From assembly GCA_965216325.1 (NCBI GenBank), contig OZ244160.1, positions 1,600,001 through 1,664,000 on the forward strand: DNA of 64,000 nt, written 5' to 3'. Source of the DNA: Coraliomargarita sp. Its GTDB lineage: Bacteria > Verrucomicrobiota > Verrucomicrobiia > Opitutales > Coraliomargaritaceae. The translations under genes and the position numbers were made by a program. The notes under the pieces are model-generated. The model ran no database searches. It was given only the letters and a program-made list of their open reading frames with translations, and had not been told where the DNA came from. This document shows, one piece after another, positions 63,192 through 64,000 of the stretch (the stretch's first letter is position 1; the number at the start of each line of letters is the position of its first letter).

Positions 63192-64000
63192 ATGAAATCA
63201 AAATATCCCATTTCCCTTCACTGCCTCGCATTACTAAACCTGACAACAAGCCTATGCGCTCAGTGGCCACCTGCTCCCGTGGTCGATACCGGACAAGTGC
63301 TTTGCTTTGACGACCTCGAGCCCATGCGCCCGCCTCAAGCGGGCCGTAAATATTTTGGTCAAGATGCCCAATACCAGGGAGTGCAGGCCAGTTATACCGA
63401 TAACAAGGACGGCACCATCACCGACAATCGCACCGGACTCATGTGGTCACAGGCCTGCGCTGCACAAAAAGTAACTTTGGCTCAGGCAATCGATACCGCC
63501 TCGCAGATGACGCTTGGTGGGCATAGCGACTGGCGCGTGCCAACCATCAAGGAGCTCTACTCGTTGATTGACTTTCGAGGCGTCACTGGCATCGCAGGTC
63601 GATCGATGAATTCAGTGCCCGACACGGCCATACCTTACATCAACACGGACTACTTTGAGTTCCGCTATGGTGATGTTGAAAATGGCGAACGCTTCATCGA
63701 TGGCCAGTGGCTGACCCAAACACTCAATGTCAGCCCAGTCATGCATGGGCAGAACGGCTTATTTGGCGTCAACTTCGCCGATGGCCGCATCAAGTGTTAC
63801 CCCAATGGCGTAGATCGGCGTGGCATTGAGAAAACCTTCTATGTTCGCTATGTTCGCGGCCGCAGCAACTATGGGCACAACGACTATCAGGACAATGGTG
63901 ACGGCACGATTACCGACAAGTCAACCGGACTGATTTGGATGCAGATCGACAGCAAAGAAGGCATGCACTGGGAAGACGCACTGAAATATGCCGAGCGCTC
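63192..64000 (+). CDS. DUF1566 (Lcl C-terminal domain) secreted protein; runs off the right edge
   Basis: Not in the ORF track. Signal peptide, VVDTGQ, GQDAQY, DNKDGTITDNRTGLMW, GGHSDWRVPTIKELYSL and a second DNGDGTITDKSTGLIW. Confidence 0.88.
   Translation, partial: MKSKYPISLHCLALLNLTTSLCAQWPPAPVVDTGQVLCFDDLEPMRPPQAGRKYFGQDAQYQGVQASYTDNKDGTITDNRTGLMWSQACAAQKVTLAQAIDTASQMTLGGHSDWRVPTIKELYSLIDFRGVTGIAGRSMNSVPDTAIPYINTDYFEFRYGDVENGERFIDGQWLTQTLNVSPVMHGQNGLFGVNFADGRIKCYPNGVDRRGIEKTFYVRYVRGRSNYGHNDYQDNGDGTITDKSTGLIWMQIDSKEGMHWEDALKYAER

Overview
This is a bacterial chromosomal window. Gene content and style suggest Verrucomicrobiota (Opitutales, Coraliomargarita-like); that assignment is inference. 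It is mostly housekeeping genes: polX (partial), menE/menC, guaB, purA, thrH, pnuC, recF, a cysteine desulfurase, prlC, murA, ruvB, tyrS, acnB, mreBCD-mrdA, ruvC, truA, accD, folC and lemA. It also has a VapBC-like toxin-antitoxin pair, an ECF sigma factor with a VWA partner, STAS plus PP2C phosphatase, and a BLUF protein. I saw no rRNA, tRNA or CRISPR array. The notable items are: (1) a single 1015-aa polypeptide fusing E1-alpha, E1-beta, a lipoyl domain and an E2 acyltransferase core; (2) a stand-alone disordered protein resembling the RNase E scaffold (amphipathic helix plus RGG tail) behind a highly structured 5' leader; (3) many REP-like palindromes, two of them translated in frame inside menC and the cysteine desulfurase; (4) a class C group II intron whose RT core is deleted in frame, nested inside a REP doublet after the acnB terminator; (5) an orphan promoter-terminator unit of about 84 nt that looks like a small RNA; (6) a P1B-ATPase-like protein lacking all catalytic motifs; (7) a nucleotidyltransferase-GHMP kinase fusion; (8) a recurrent TTG motif 34-37 nt before start codons, suggesting widespread leaderless mRNAs; and (9) several damaged genes the ORF track missed.
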